NCBI GenBank assembly: GCA_010093605.1
Contig: MU004182.1
Location: 1,645,032 to 1,709,031 of the forward strand
Reading direction: 5' to 3'
DNA from: Lophium mytilinum
Lineage: Eukaryota
Length of the DNA stretch: 64,000 nucleotides
The notes below the pieces were generated by a model. That model ran no database searches and was not told the DNA's origin. It was given only the letters and a program-made list of their open reading frames with translations. Shown one piece after another: positions 41,068 to 54,004 of this stretch (positions are counted from its first letter, which is position 1; each line of letters begins with the position of its first letter). The position numbers and the translations under genes are program-made.

Positions 41068-41667
41068 CTACCACCCCCCTTCCAACCACACAGTCGCCGC
41101 GAAGCTAAACAGCACCCTCCCATCTGGCAGCTTAGCAACAGCTTCGCACGTGTGGTTCCCAGTGTGCATTGCTGGACCCCAAAGCAAGAAGTCCGCCAGA
41201 ACCTCATTGCTACCCGCTTTCAACGGCCCTCCATAACTGAGGTCTCTCCTGACCACCACGGCCTTGAAATCGCTGATCTTGGCCTCGGCCTCGAATATGT
41301 CAGGGCGGTCCGGCACTTCCGCTCTGGTCAGAAGAGTTGCGTTCTCAAGGCCTGGCAGGGCAGGACTGTAGCCTTCTAAGTAGAAGAAGACGCGCTTGTT
41401 TCTGTGATAGTTAGTAAAAATTAACAGAGTGTTCAGGGCGCATTCTTACTTCGTGGGAGGATTTGGAGCCATTTGGAAATATGAGATGATGAAAAGCTGG
41501 TTTGCCTTCTTTGGGCCGGTGTAGTATGCGGGGCTGTCGCCTGGAACCCTTTCACGGGCCACGGGCTCTTCTAACACCAGTTGACCATCACGGGACCCAC
41601 AAACAAAGGTAGGAAACGATACATGGAGAGCCAAGAACAAGAGAAACCTGACAACGGTGATTTTCAT
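41068..41667 (-). CDS. Small secreted protein, probably ML (MD-2-related lipid recognition, NPC2/PG-PI transfer-like) domain, one intron
   Basis: Signal peptide MKITVVRFLLFLALH.., VPGDSPAYY and MAPNPP motifs, C-terminal LPDGRVLFSFAATVWLEG. Confidence 0.6.
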
Positions 41668-42370
41668 CGGAAATGTAATAACTGAGGGAATGGGAAGTTC
41701 GAATGGTTGAGCGACACAGGATGATCTTGCTGCAAATGTTCGCACAATTGAAGACGTTGTCAAGGAGGAAAAGCGGCACAGCAGCACAGCCGCTATTCAA
41801 AGCCCCAGAGCGCGTGACGAAACTCGCCAAGGCGAACACAAGATAGTTCCGTCGAGGCTTAAGAGGCACGTGCGGCACAGCAGATTGTTACGCGATGTCC
41901 CAGACACGTGATACCTTTGTAAACCCAATTATCATGGAGAATCACAACGTACAACAGGCGCCGCGCTTGGCTCAAACACTCCTGCATCAGGGGCATACTG
42001 TCCTCTGATGTAACTCGTTAAGTACTATACGGCACATCAGAAGTTTGTCTCGAGATGCTTCGCTGATGGACTACGCCTCCAGAGCAGAGCTATTTCTGGA
42101 GGAGAACAGCCTCCACCAAAGGATCAAGGCATGGCAATATACCATCACGCGCTCATTCAAGGCTCTGTCATGTTTCAAGCCGAAGGTGTTGCTTTCTTCT
42201 TGAGGACAGATGCCATTTTCTTCGCCACACATTAGGATGCACATATAGAGTACGATGTCCTGGTGTACTATCCAGTACGTTCAAGTCAGTTCAAACAGTT
42301 TGGTGCTAGGTTGTGCTATTTCTCACGTCATTTGTTCGAACTTATACCCCCACTTCAAACAGACGAAACT

Positions 42371-44291
42371 ATGCTTTCAGTTATCATTGCACTCTTTCTG
42401 TCACTCTTCAGTACGACCTTAGGTGCAGCTTTGCCGTCTCATCGACTGGACAAGCGCATGATTATATCTAAGGATGCTACTGACGCTCTCATCGCCGCCA
42501 ATGTAGACGTAAATAGACCGCATATCAGACCAAGTCAAGTATGTGACCAGCTACTGTCTTCTACGTATGTCTAAGTAGCACGGATGACTGTCTGACATGT
42601 GTTTGTAGAAAGTCGAGGAGATTCTTGGAATTGGGGACTCATACTCGGCGGGCATTGGTTCGAATGGCGACATAGACAGTGACGACGCTTCCTCCACTTG
42701 TCACAGGTTCGCAAGGGCCTGGCCAATGCAACTTAGGAACAGCGACTCCTGGCTGGACTTCAACATCGACAAGCCAAAACTAACATTCGGTGCATGTTCC
42801 GGGGGGGTTATGAAGGATCTACGCGACAATCAATTGCAGCAAGGTGTGCCAAATCCTGCAGATGTGAATCTGAAGATAGGAAAACCACAGGTAGCAGTGC
42901 TCACAATCGCCGGCAACGACGCCCAATTCTCGAAGTAGGTTCATTCCCAGCCCCTTGCCACTCAAGATTCTTATAACTCACTGAAACCGACAGTATCGTC
43001 AACGACTGCATCTACCGCTTCTGGTTTCCGAAGGACTGTAACACGAGATTGACTGAAGTCGAAGAGAAAATTAGAAGCCCGGAGTTCAAGAAAGAAATTA
43101 TGGACACCTATGCTCTGATAATAGGAGCAGGTAGAGACGCCGGCGGAGCAAACCCATCGGAGAGTTTTCAGGCCTTTGTTGGTGGGTACGTCCAGTTCTG
43201 GAACCACGATGATCCAATCTGTGATCAGGTGTTTTGGAATAGGCTGTGGGGCACGAAACTACTCATTACTCGAGAATTGCGGAAGAGAATGAATGACTTG
43301 GCCGACTCACTAAATAGTGTTCTTAAGTCTGCGGCGAACGAGCTACAAGACTTTGGCGTCTTCTACGTTGAAGGGTACCAGAGCGACTTCAGTACACATC
43401 GCTTCTGTGAGCCCCACGACTTGGAGTACCACCAGCATGAAGACATAGGTTCGAGCACGTGGTTTTGGTCGTACCATAGTCCGTACGAGGACGGCAATGA
43501 AGGGCCTACTGAGGACAAGGCCCCTGTAATAGGAACCGACGTCTTCCAAGATCTCCTTGATGTTCTTATTCCGGACAAAGCCGTGCAGCAGACGATCAAC
43601 GACGACAACCCTCCCTGGAACATAAACGAAGCCTTCTCGAGCCAGGAAGCGCTTCTCGCTGCTTACACCGAAGCAACAGCCGGAGCAAACCCGCCGAAAG
43701 ACCCAAAGCCCGATGATGTTAATGCCATCGTCAAGCGGGTATTCCATCCGAAGGGAACCGCACTGACCCAATTCTCTGATCACTTCATGCAGGAGATACG
43801 GAACCATCGAGACGAGATCGAGAAGCCCGGTCCTCCCTACGAACCTGGAATGTGTACCGTACATGTCCGAGAATACCAGAGCTGTGGCAAGAACGAGGAC
43901 AGTCTGAGTGCCGAAGTGGAAATTCGAGATAACAGTGGAACAGTGGTAGGAACTTCGGAAGGAAGAAAGGCCATCAACGATAACGCCCCTCTTCGGCTTT
44001 CTAGTAAACTACCACAGGACTTGGTGATAACGGGCGAGCACCAGGGGGACTACGTACAGTTCACCTACGGATCTTTACACTGGACCTCTGGCGATAAGAA
44101 AGATGGCGACGACGACGACGCATATTGCATTTTAGGTGACTGGGACCCGAGAAGCATCATCGAGTGGATAAACCTCTGCGAGACCTTTCCTAATGCTCTG
44201 CGAGTAAGGGACGGAATACTCTAACCAGATCGATCGTTTGCTAATCTATTCATAGGACAGACAGATGGATTGTTGGTTCAAGTGCGAGTAA
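42371..44291 (+). CDS. Secreted SGNH/GDSL hydrolase with a C-terminal Cys-containing accessory domain, multi-exon
   Basis: Signal peptide plus KR propeptide site; GIGDSYSAGIG (block I), FGACSG, LTIAGND, HRFCEP, VFHPKG. Confidence 0.85.
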
Positions 44292-45307
44292 GTTGATACA
44301 TGATCGCTAGAAGGCTCGCCCAAACTTGGTCATCATATTTTCCACAGCCTGCACCAGTGAATGCGCCTACCTCGGGCTACAACACCTCTACTATTGCATA
44401 CTAAAGTGCTATTTTAGATATAGTTACTCGTGGACTGGGACGTGGAGCTATGCTAGTGCCTTTGTTGTGCAGCAAACCTCAATCCAAGGCCCGCCAAAGC
44501 TGTATCCCTGGACATGGCTGAGTTGATATGAGACGCTTTCCATTATTGTACCCTTGTACGATGCATATGGACACTAGATAGCTAACGCTCAGATTTTCTC
44601 GCATCTTTGCGTCAATATTTGGGCCATTCATTGCGCGTCACTTAATCTTTCTTGGAATGGAACCTATCCAGCCACCATATCGGTCGAATCAAACCCATTT
44701 CACGTTTTGTTTGAGTCCTTCATACGTTGTTCCGAATGCTCAAAAATAAAGCCCATACCTGCCCGCCCGATGTAGTAATGCATGCCCTCGCTAGAAAACC
44801 AGGATCTCCGCGTCGTCCTTGCTCGCGGCCCGCATCCCTGCACATCTGCAACATGACGTCGCCTCCACCTTCTCTCCGCTACACAACACGGGACGCTCGA
44901 CCGCACACGCAACGGTCGCGGGAGCCATCTGCGGATCGCCGTTGGTGGACGAGTTCCAGCCACCAGCAATCGCAGGGGGGGCCCAGCTAACAAGGCAGGC
45001 GGAAGAGCGCAAGTACGTCACCCTAGGGCTCATCACGCAGGCTATGTATAACGGGTTGTCGACGTAACGACTCCAAGTCCCACATCTCGACAGCTTTGCA
45101 GACTCGATCCTCTCAATAAATCTGTATCTGTGCTGCTACCACAACCCCTTTTTATTCAAAGTACCGTGCAAATCGTTCAAAACGTCGTCCAAAAAACCCC
45201 TCAAGCTCCCGTCGAAACGGGCCGTCGCCTCCATCGCCCTCCTCACTCTCCTCTCTACCGTGCAGCCGAAACCGAAATTGGACGACGAGGAGATTGCGAA
45301 ACACGAT

Positions 45308-47091
45308 ATGTCGGGAGAGCTGCAGACTATACCCGCGCGTCATGGCGTAGCGACGTTTGTGCCGCGTGGGAGGACGATTAAGATTATCAATACGTATGGC
45401 AAGCAGGTCGTTAGTACGTGGGCATTTGCGCTGCATGAGCCGCCCGAGAAGGATAAGAAGGCAAATGATGAGGCAAATGCAAAGGAAGCGGCTGGGGAAG
45501 AGGTGGAAGAGGAGGAAGAGGAGAAGGGAGTAGATGAGAAGGTGTCAGAGACCGAGGAAACACCAGAGCCCGAGAAGGTTGAAGAGAAAGTTGAGGAGGA
45601 AGTTGAAAAGCCGAAGGAAGAGGCCAAAGATTCCGACGATGCAGACGATCCTCCCGAGGAAGCGCCTGAAGAGAATGCAGACGACCCGCCGGATGAAGCG
45701 CCAGGTGATGCGGAGAAAACGACCAAGAAGGGCGCAGAGAAAAAGGCAGATACAGCGAAGACGGCAAAAACTTGGTCATCCTACCTACCTTCCATCCCGT
45801 ACCGCTCCAAGGCTCCCGCTGCCTCGAAGAAAGACGCTGCGACAGAGAAAAGCGAGAATGAAGCCACTTCCAAGAAGTGGTCTTCCTATATCCCAACTGG
45901 CCAAGGCTTCTCGAGCTACATTCCAAATGTGCAGATGCCGTCGAAGGAGACCCTAAGCGCATTTGCTGGAAGCCACTACAGAGATCCCAACAAGAGCTAT
46001 GCCGAGCAACTGTACGAGTTTTCGAAGACGCCAGTTGGCGCAGGAGGCATTGCTGGTACGTCTACTTGCTCACTCATATCCTTAGCCCAAGCTAACATCA
46101 TCCAGCCGCATCTGGTTCAGGCACAGCATCATCCATCTACGCCGCCTACTCCGCCTACACCAAACTCAGCCCGAACTCCTCCAACCTACCACCCATGGAA
46201 TACCTCTCCCTTCCCCACACCCGCGCGTCCTCCCATCGCCTCGTCCCACAAGCCGAGGATACGCTCCTAACGAATCTCCGCGCCCCAATCTTGACAGTAG
46301 TCGAAGATACCAGTACTGGCGCCCATGACACTCTCACAGCTGCCTGCGATGCAAGTCTTTACGCCACCCTGGGCGTCGAAAAGGCTGCCGAGCACGGCTC
46401 ATGTGCTGAGAACCTCGTCCTAGCGCTCAAAGAGCTCAACGAAAAGGCTGGACTGCAGGGCGCGAAGGCGATCGGTTCGGACGTCACGGTCAATATCGCC
46501 CCGACACCGCTCCATCTCTTTATGAACGCGCCGATCGAGGTTGACACCAAGGAGGAGGGCGCAGGCGCTAAGGGCGTTACTTTCAAGGTTGCGGAGCCCG
46601 CAGGAAGAAAGCGTGCTTTTGTGAGGTTCCGTGCTGAGAGAGATGTGGTGGTTGTTATGAGTGCCTGTCCGATGGATGTGGGCAGTCAGAATGGTGGGAA
46701 GTGTATGGCTGCGAACTTTGTTGTTGAGGCAGGGGAGGAGGAAGAGAAGACAGGCTCGCCGAAGAGTGAAAAGGCTACACCGAAGCAGAAAGGCAAGCCC
46801 GCCAAGCTTCAGGCAGGTCAGAAGAGTAAGAAAGATGAAGAGAAGAAACCAGAGGAGAAGAAATCTGAGGAGAAGAAACCTGAGGAGAAGAACGACGAGG
46901 CGGCGGGAGGGAAACCGATGCCTAAGCCGAAGGGCGGGCCGGCTAAGATCCAGGCTATCATGAAGCAGAAGCAGGAACGTGATGCCGAGGAAAAGGGTGA
47001 AGCTACGCCGCCATCCTCCGGGGATGGAAAGGGGACTGAGGGAGAGCAGAAACCAAAGAAGAAGCCAAAGAAGTTGGAGAGGCGGACTTAG
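45308..47091 (+). CDS. DUF1989 (urea carboxylase-associated family) protein with acidic low-complexity insertion; start uncertain
   Basis: TIPARHGVATFVPRGRTIKIINTYGKQVV, EYLSLPHTRA, HDTLTAACD, HGSCAENL, VVMSACPMD; intron about 46057-46105. Confidence 0.8.
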
Positions 47092-47876
47092 GAGGCGTTG
47101 ATTGCTGTAAAAGTATTCTATGTAATTTTGGTCTTCGGAAATACTCTGGCATGTTTAATAGTTAACAAACCTTTCCACGATAGCTATCGGCTCGTGTACT
47201 GCATAATTATTTTTGGCCTTGAGGCACTTAGACAGCTAGGACTGGCTAAATGGTCCCGTGTTAAACGGTCTAGCGCTGATGAGTCATCTAGCGGCTTGGC
47301 GAAATTTCGACGTCTTCCTCTCCCTCGTCCTCCGCACCTTCTTCTTACCTTGTTGGGGTGGCCGAGCTCATGAATCCGGTCCACCTGGCAGACTGTCCTG
47401 CATTGCACTACGCGGCGACGGCTGTCATGAATCTCCTTCGGGGGCTTCACCGGCGTAATTTTTGCTGGTCCGCTATCTGCCTTTTGGCTTTTCATTGACT
47501 GTTCCTGCCTTGCGCAGGACGTTGAAGAAGAGCTTCATCACAGCCAGCTTGCTTCTTGCCCAGCATGGCTCCATCGACATCCAAGTGGTTTGATGTTGAG
47601 TCAATTGGTGAGAGTCGCTAACTCAATATGGCCTAGGAAAGGTGGGGAAACGCTACCTAGGCTGTGTAGATCCGGGGCCTCGGAGCCAGCGATACGACCC
47701 TATCATCAAACCAACTACTCGGGGCCGCTTTTCCACGCCGAGGCAATGCATTTTTTGTGTTTCGTTCCCAAGGTGGAGCTGTGGCGGGGAAGGGAGGTGG
47801 ACGCTGGAGATACATAGGGCTCCATAGATCGACGAATGACAAAACATTCACAACTCAATCTTCTACCTTATACACA

Positions 47877-49417
47877 ATGCCTCCAGCATCAGCTAGAATT
47901 CCTCCTCTTGTCAGAGACAAAGTCAGCGATCATGCAAAGAAGACGCTCGATATAGTAAGCTCTTCATCTTGACTTTATGAGCTCACAGCTAACAGAAGTC
48001 AGGTCGAGAAGTTCGTCAACGAAGAATGCATCCCCGCCGACGCCGTCTATTCCGCCCAACTCGGCCAAGGCGAGGCAAGGTGGAGTCTGCCACCCATAAT
48101 GAACGAACTCAAAGAAAAGGCGAAAGCCCTTGGACTATGGAACATGTTTCTGGCAAAGGGTCACTACAAAGAGGGGGCTGGGTTCACCAATCTGGAATAT
48201 GGGTTGATATGCGAACAATTTGGACGGTCGAGGACAGCATCTGAGGCGACGAATAACTCGGCACCAGATACTGGCAACATGGAAGTTCTCGCAAAATATG
48301 GATCGGCAGAGCAAAAGGCGAAGTGGCTTACGCCGTTGTTGAACGGAGAAATCAGGTCAGCATATGTGATGACAGAGCCCTTGACCGCGTCGAGCGATGC
48401 TACGAACGTACAATTGAGCATTCAGCGCGACGGCGACTCCTACGTGTTGAATGGTCAGGTAAGTGGAACCGCTATTTGTTTCCCATTGTCCTCCCTCTGG
48501 CTTATACGAACGCAGAAATGGTGGATATCCGGAGCTGGTGACCCTCGCTGCAAGCTCTACATCGTCCTGGGAAAGACCGATCCGAACAACCCGAACAGAC
48601 ACAAGCAGCAGTCTATGATTCTCGTACCATCCAACACTCCCGGTATCACCATCAAGCGCATGCTCTCTGTCTACGGGTATGACGACGCGCCGCACGGGCA
48701 TGCTCATCTCATATTCAAGAACGTTCGCGTCCCTGCGAATAGCATGGTCCTCGGTGACGGCCGTGGTTTCGAGGTGATGCAAGGACGGATGGGTCCAGGG
48801 CGTATCCATCACGCTATGCGATCCATCGGTGCTGTATGTGCATCCTTTTCCCCGCAGGCGACCTTCATTCTTTCATGCTAATCCGATTCCAGGCCGAAGA
48901 AGCCCTAAGCTGGCTCCTAACCCGCGCAAACGCCGAGCACAAAAAGCCCTTCGGCAAGCTCCTCTCCCAACAAGGCGTAATCCTCCACTGGATCGCCAAA
49001 TCGCGCATCGAAATCGACGCTGCTCGCCTTATCGTACTGAACGCTGCCGCCGCCATAGACACTGGCGACGCGAAGTCTGCCCTCGTCGAGATCGCTGAGG
49101 CAAAGATTCTGGTTCCTAACATGGCACTCACGATCATCGACCGCGCTGTGCAAACCTTCGGCGCACAGGGAGTATGCCAGGACACGCCGCTGGCGGGGAT
49201 GTGGGCGAGTGTGCGGACGATTCGAATTGCGGATGGGCCGGATGAGTCGCATCTGGAGCAGTTGGGGAGACGGGAGAATAAGAAGGCTGGTGAGGCGACG
49301 GATAGGATTCAGACGCAGCTGGATAAGGCGGATGAGTTGTTCAGGAAATATGGGACGGCGCCGTCAGGGCCGTGTACGCCGCTGAATATGAGAGAGATGG
49401 TGCCGGCGAAGTTGTAG
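47877..49417 (+). CDS. Acyl-CoA dehydrogenase (ACAD10/11-like), peroxisomal (C-terminal AKL), 3 introns
   Basis: [64 protein letters not shown]1 AKL. Confidence 0.93.
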
Positions 49418-50849
49418 GGGTCGGTTAGGGAGTTGACATGGTGTAGTCATGTAGTTCTCAGGCGTCTAATGAGGGTTATTTCTCAAATACATACCTGGTG
49501 CGAATATGCTTTCACACGTGCACGGTTGGTTCTCACATCTACCAACAGATATAAAGCCCCGTCTATCTTCCCCAGTCCGGGTCTCAACAAGAGCCAGGGC
49601 GGCAGTAGATCAAAATATGTTCTGCTACGACTTCCTCATGGAGCTTCAAACCACGTATGGAGAGCTCACATGGGTGGGGAGTCGACAAGCCTGATCAAGC
49701 TCGTGATGGTTCAGACTTTTCCTATCAATCGAACCCTCACCAAAGCCGAAGATGGCGGCAATCTGCATCTCATAATTTCAACACTCATCACATCATACAA
49801 AAATGTAGCTGAGTTTCATCACAGCCATGCCGAAAAGGTGCCATAGAAAAGAGGTGACTTACGTTTTCGAAATATGTTGCCTACGACCATCAGCGAAGCA
49901 CAATAATGCCGATCTCCTTTTTCCTCCATCTCCCATTCTTCGGTTTTTAGGTCATTGCTGATCCTCCTCCTCTCTCCAACTCCATTCGCCGGGTGACTCG
50001 TGACTTTTGGTCCTCCGCCCCCTCTCCAACATCGTTCGAAATTGGTGAGGTTTTCGATGCTCTCCCGCTCCGACTGCATGAATCGTGGAGCCTTGACGTG
50101 TCGATGGCAAGATTCAAGCAGCACGACCCATCGTTGCTTCATTAGAGGATGGTTGAACTCATTCCCTCCTCCCTTTCCCTTGATGAAGGATCATTGTTTG
50201 GACCTGGTAACGGAGGCTTTTATAGGCGAAAGAAGGTTGTTATCACTTGGGCTTGGCGTTAAGCACGTGATATCCTGAAGTAGTAACTCAAACCCTTGTG
50301 TTTCTCTTGCTTGGTTATGCCGACGGTGCCGCGTGCAACGTAGCCGAGGGAAGGGCTCTCTGCTTACGGTCGTCGCTATAGAAAGGGAGAAGAGCAATTT
50401 TGGTATATGCTAACAGGTATCTAGTACCAATTTTTACGACCTATCTATAGCGCGAAAGGCTAACAACGTGTGTTATGCTATGTAGCTTTTGTCATACTTG
50501 AAGCTTAAAAGTATTGAAACACTAACCAATACGAAACTCAGATCGATCGTTTGTATTGGCAGTATAACCATGATAAGGAGCTGGTGATTCCTTATCAGAT
50601 ATGGGGCAACTCAATGAAGATCTCACTAAAGGTAAAGTATAAATGGGTTGAAGAACTGATTCTGTGGAGATTGGTGGAGGAGATTGGCTTGAAGCCATTC
50701 CCTCGATTGGCTGCCGTCTAGTGATTCTTAGCGAACCCCTATTTCTGCCAATACCAACCTCGAATCTTGCGATAGAAATATAGGTCGGCAACCGGAAGGC
50801 ATATACGGAATGCAAATTTGCGATTTAGACGGGGTCCAGCATCGAAAAG

Positions 50850-52423
50850 ATGGCAGCCTTTATGCGCCTACTTTGGGCATCTTCCGCAAGGAACCCAACG
50901 CCGCCGGCAAAAAGCGACAATGATGATATTTATCCCGTTCACATGCTTGACGACACCAAGACGCTCCGGAATATTGTCGTTACATCGACGTTGCGCTTCA
51001 ACGACGTACTAGACGCAGAGAAACTACATGACTCGCTTTCGCAACTGCTGGAAATTGGGGACTGGCGGAAGGTTGGCGGCCGATTGAGGCTAAAGGTTCG
51101 AACATATTCTCGCTTTGTTCCTCATAGGCTCTCTTTCTCTTAATAGCGCTACTATTTCATGCTCGCTAGGATGAGGGAAAGCTGGAAATTCATGTGCCGC
51201 GGCCCTTCACCGCGGAACGTCCGGCCGTGACATACTCCCACCAAGCCATAAATCTGAATATTGAAGAACATCCGCTGGCAAAGACACTTCCCAATGCCAC
51301 TGAAACCCCGTCAATCCAGCCTGGGCCCCAGGCTTTTCGAATTTTTGCAGCTCGTAAAGATGCGCCAGAAACGCTCGAGGACTTCATCTGCCAAGACCGG
51401 GATACGCCCCAACTATCGCTCCATGTTACTTCCTTTGACAATGCGACGCTCGTAGGTCTCTTATGGCCGCACACACTCATGGATGTTATGGGCCAGCAGG
51501 CTCTCCTGCGCGGCTGGTCCCTAGTGCTAGCTGGTCGAGACTCGGAAGTGCCGCCTCTGCTTGGTGCCAGAGAGGATGCGATTTGCGAAGCTGTGGATTT
51601 GCCCGTGAAAGAGAAGGACCAGGAGGAGTTCAGGCTTGGGCAAAAGAGGTTGAGAGGTTGGGCCATGTTTACGTTCGGGATGCGCTTTGCCTAGGACCTG
51701 CTATGGAACCGCGTTGTCGAGACGCGCACCATCTACTTGCCCAAGAAAGTAGTGGCTGAATTGCAACGCCAGGCGCGAGGCGAGCTACCTGCCACGGATG
51801 GAGAAAAGCCGTTCATCGGCGAGGGCGACGTGCTGACGGCATGGGCAGTCCGCGCTGTGGCTTCCTCTCTGCCACAGCCACGACCGATAACAGTGGTTCA
51901 CGCACTCAACGCACGCTTCAGACTCTCGTCGCTGATTCAGGCGTCGGGTGTATACGTCCAAAACATGGCGGTGGCCGCTTTCACGTTCCTGTCTCCCGAT
52001 GTTGCAACAAGTCTGGGGCCGATCGCTCTGGAGAACCGGCGCCATCTGATGGAGCAATCGACGGAAGCTCAAGTGCTAGCCTTCCTACGCGAGCTGCGAT
52101 CTACTCCGGGTAGCGACCCGGCATTGGTATTGTGTAGTGAATCGGATGCCGTGTTGATGCCCTTCACCAACTGGACCAAGGCCGACTTCTACAAGACGGC
52201 TGACTTCAGCCCTGCACTTCTGCGTGCTGGCGAAGCGGGGCCATTGAGGAGCAACCCGCCCGGCACTATGGTATTCCATCACGCGCAATCGATGAGACAG
52301 GGCTCGACGGTCAGGAACGTCGTCGTGGTGCTGGGCAAGGATCACGGCGATAATTACTGGTTGACTGGGATTCTGCTGCCCCAAGCGTGGGCTAAGATTG
52401 AAGAGGACATAAGTAGAATGTGA
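50850..52423 (+). pseudogene. CoA-dependent acyltransferase-fold (HxxxD) protein interrupted by one in-frame TAG at 51692-51694; pseudogene or editing/readthrough-dependent gene
   Basis: LEIGDWRKVGGRLR, WPHTLMD (HxxxD), DFSPA; intron about 51097-51169; ORFs 51194 and 51737 are in the same frame, separated only by MRFA*DLLWNR. Confidence 0.75.
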
Positions 52424-52985
52424 CAGCAGACGCCTTCTGACCACTATTGAGGACGCTTTGCACCTGAGCGACATGGTGAAGACCCGCGGGTCTGTCAATG
52501 GGGGCTTGGGATGAAATGTAGATTAAAGACCAGATCGAATAACGACGGTTCATCGAGACAGTAGACATATCTCTGCTCCAACTACGGAATGGTCCGGAGA
52601 AGATACGGAGTGATGGAATGGGAAAGGAAAATAAAACTCTCTTACAACCGTTGCGTCTCGCCAGCCTCGTTCTCATCCCCGCCTCATCTATGAGTTGTTG
52701 GTACCGATGTCGGAACCCAGACTTGTACTCGAAGCCAACCTTGGTACCGCTGGGGAGACCCAATGGAGACGCAGCGCTCTGATGACCCACCGACGCGCTC
52801 TGATTTTTTGAAAACAATAAGAACGCTGCTATTGTCCTCGCTCACTTCACTTTCACCTACACCCATATAACTTTCGACCACTACCCAGCTCCCACTTCCA
52901 ACTCACCTCACTCACATAACTTTTCTCCACAACCCAGCTTTCACACACACACACAGTTCTCCAACAAGCACTCAAACGACACAGA

Positions 52986-53855
52986 ATGTCTTCCACTTCC
53001 GCCATGCATATGGTCGAGCACCCAATCGTTGGTCTCGTCACCAAGCGCGAGTACGACGCCTTCCCTACCCTGTCGCTCCGCAACATCACCGACCCCAAGA
53101 ACTTGCAAGAGATTCTACGCGGGGGCCTCGAAGATGCAGCCGGTACCGCTACCCGCAAGATCTGCCATCAAGCCGACGAGTCCTCTCCAAAGCGTCACCA
53201 GCAGGCTGGCGATTGTACCACTGTCTTACCCACTCCTCCTCGCTCCACCACGCCCTCTCCCGTCGCCAAAACTCCTACCAAGACCGCGAGCGTCAAGACC
53301 TCACTGTCAACTACCCCACAACGCGCCGACACGGCCACTATGGCACGCCGCCGGGTCGCCCACCCAACACCACCCTCGGAGAAGAAGAAGTCGCAATACC
53401 AGATGATGCTCGAGGCTGGCAGGAAGGCCCAAGAGGTGCGCGAGAAGAAGCCTATCGGCATGATTGTTCACAAAGTCGAGTCGAAGGAGGACATGCTGGC
53501 GCTTCACGAAACGGAGAAGAAGAAGACGGAGAAGCGAGCCTTGGAGGACGACGCGGTCAGCCCAAAGACGACCAAAAGGAAGCAGACTGGGTCCTCGGCG
53601 TTGGGCGTCGTGCCAAAGATCCTGTTTGGCAAGAATGTCGCCGCAAAGAACGTCGCGTTGGGGAGGACTGGCTTTCCGGACACAACGGGACGAAACAAGA
53701 GGATAAAGGAGGAGAAACTGGCGAAGGAGAGGGCGAAGATGGAGAAAGAGAGGGCAAAGAGGGAGAAGGAGGCAGAGGAGCTGAAGGCGATGAAGGAGAG
53801 GGAGGCGGAGGAGAAGCGGAAAGAAGAGGAGTTGTTCGATGAACTGTTTGGATAG
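52986..53855 (+). CDS. Hypothetical protein, Thr/Pro-rich middle and Lys/Glu-rich coiled-coil C-terminus
   Basis: 289-aa ORF with C/G-ending codon bias and CT-rich leader; no recognised domain. Confidence 0.65.
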   Translation: MSSTSAMHMVEHPIVGLVTKREYDAFPTLSLRNITDPKNLQEILRGGLEDAAGTATRKICHQADESSPKRHQQAGDCTTVLPTPPRSTTPSPVAKTPTKTASVKTSLSTTPQRADTATMARRRVAHPTPPSEKKKSQYQMMLEAGRKAQEVREKKPIGMIVHKVESKEDMLALHETEKKKTEKRALEDDAVSPKTTKRKQTGSSALGVVPKILFGKNVAAKNVALGRTGFPDTTGRNKRIKEEKLAKERAKMEKERAKREKEAEELKAMKEREAEEKRKEEELFDELFG

Positions 53856-54004
53856 GCTTGATGGGCCTACATAGTGTATAGTGTTCTGCAGGCGGAGGCG
53901 TCAATTCTGGATGTTTTCATCTTCTGCACGTCGGGTCGTTTGGCTCTATGATGGCTTCACATTGGTATTCACATAAATAGAATGAGACCGAAAGTTACAC
54001 AGTT

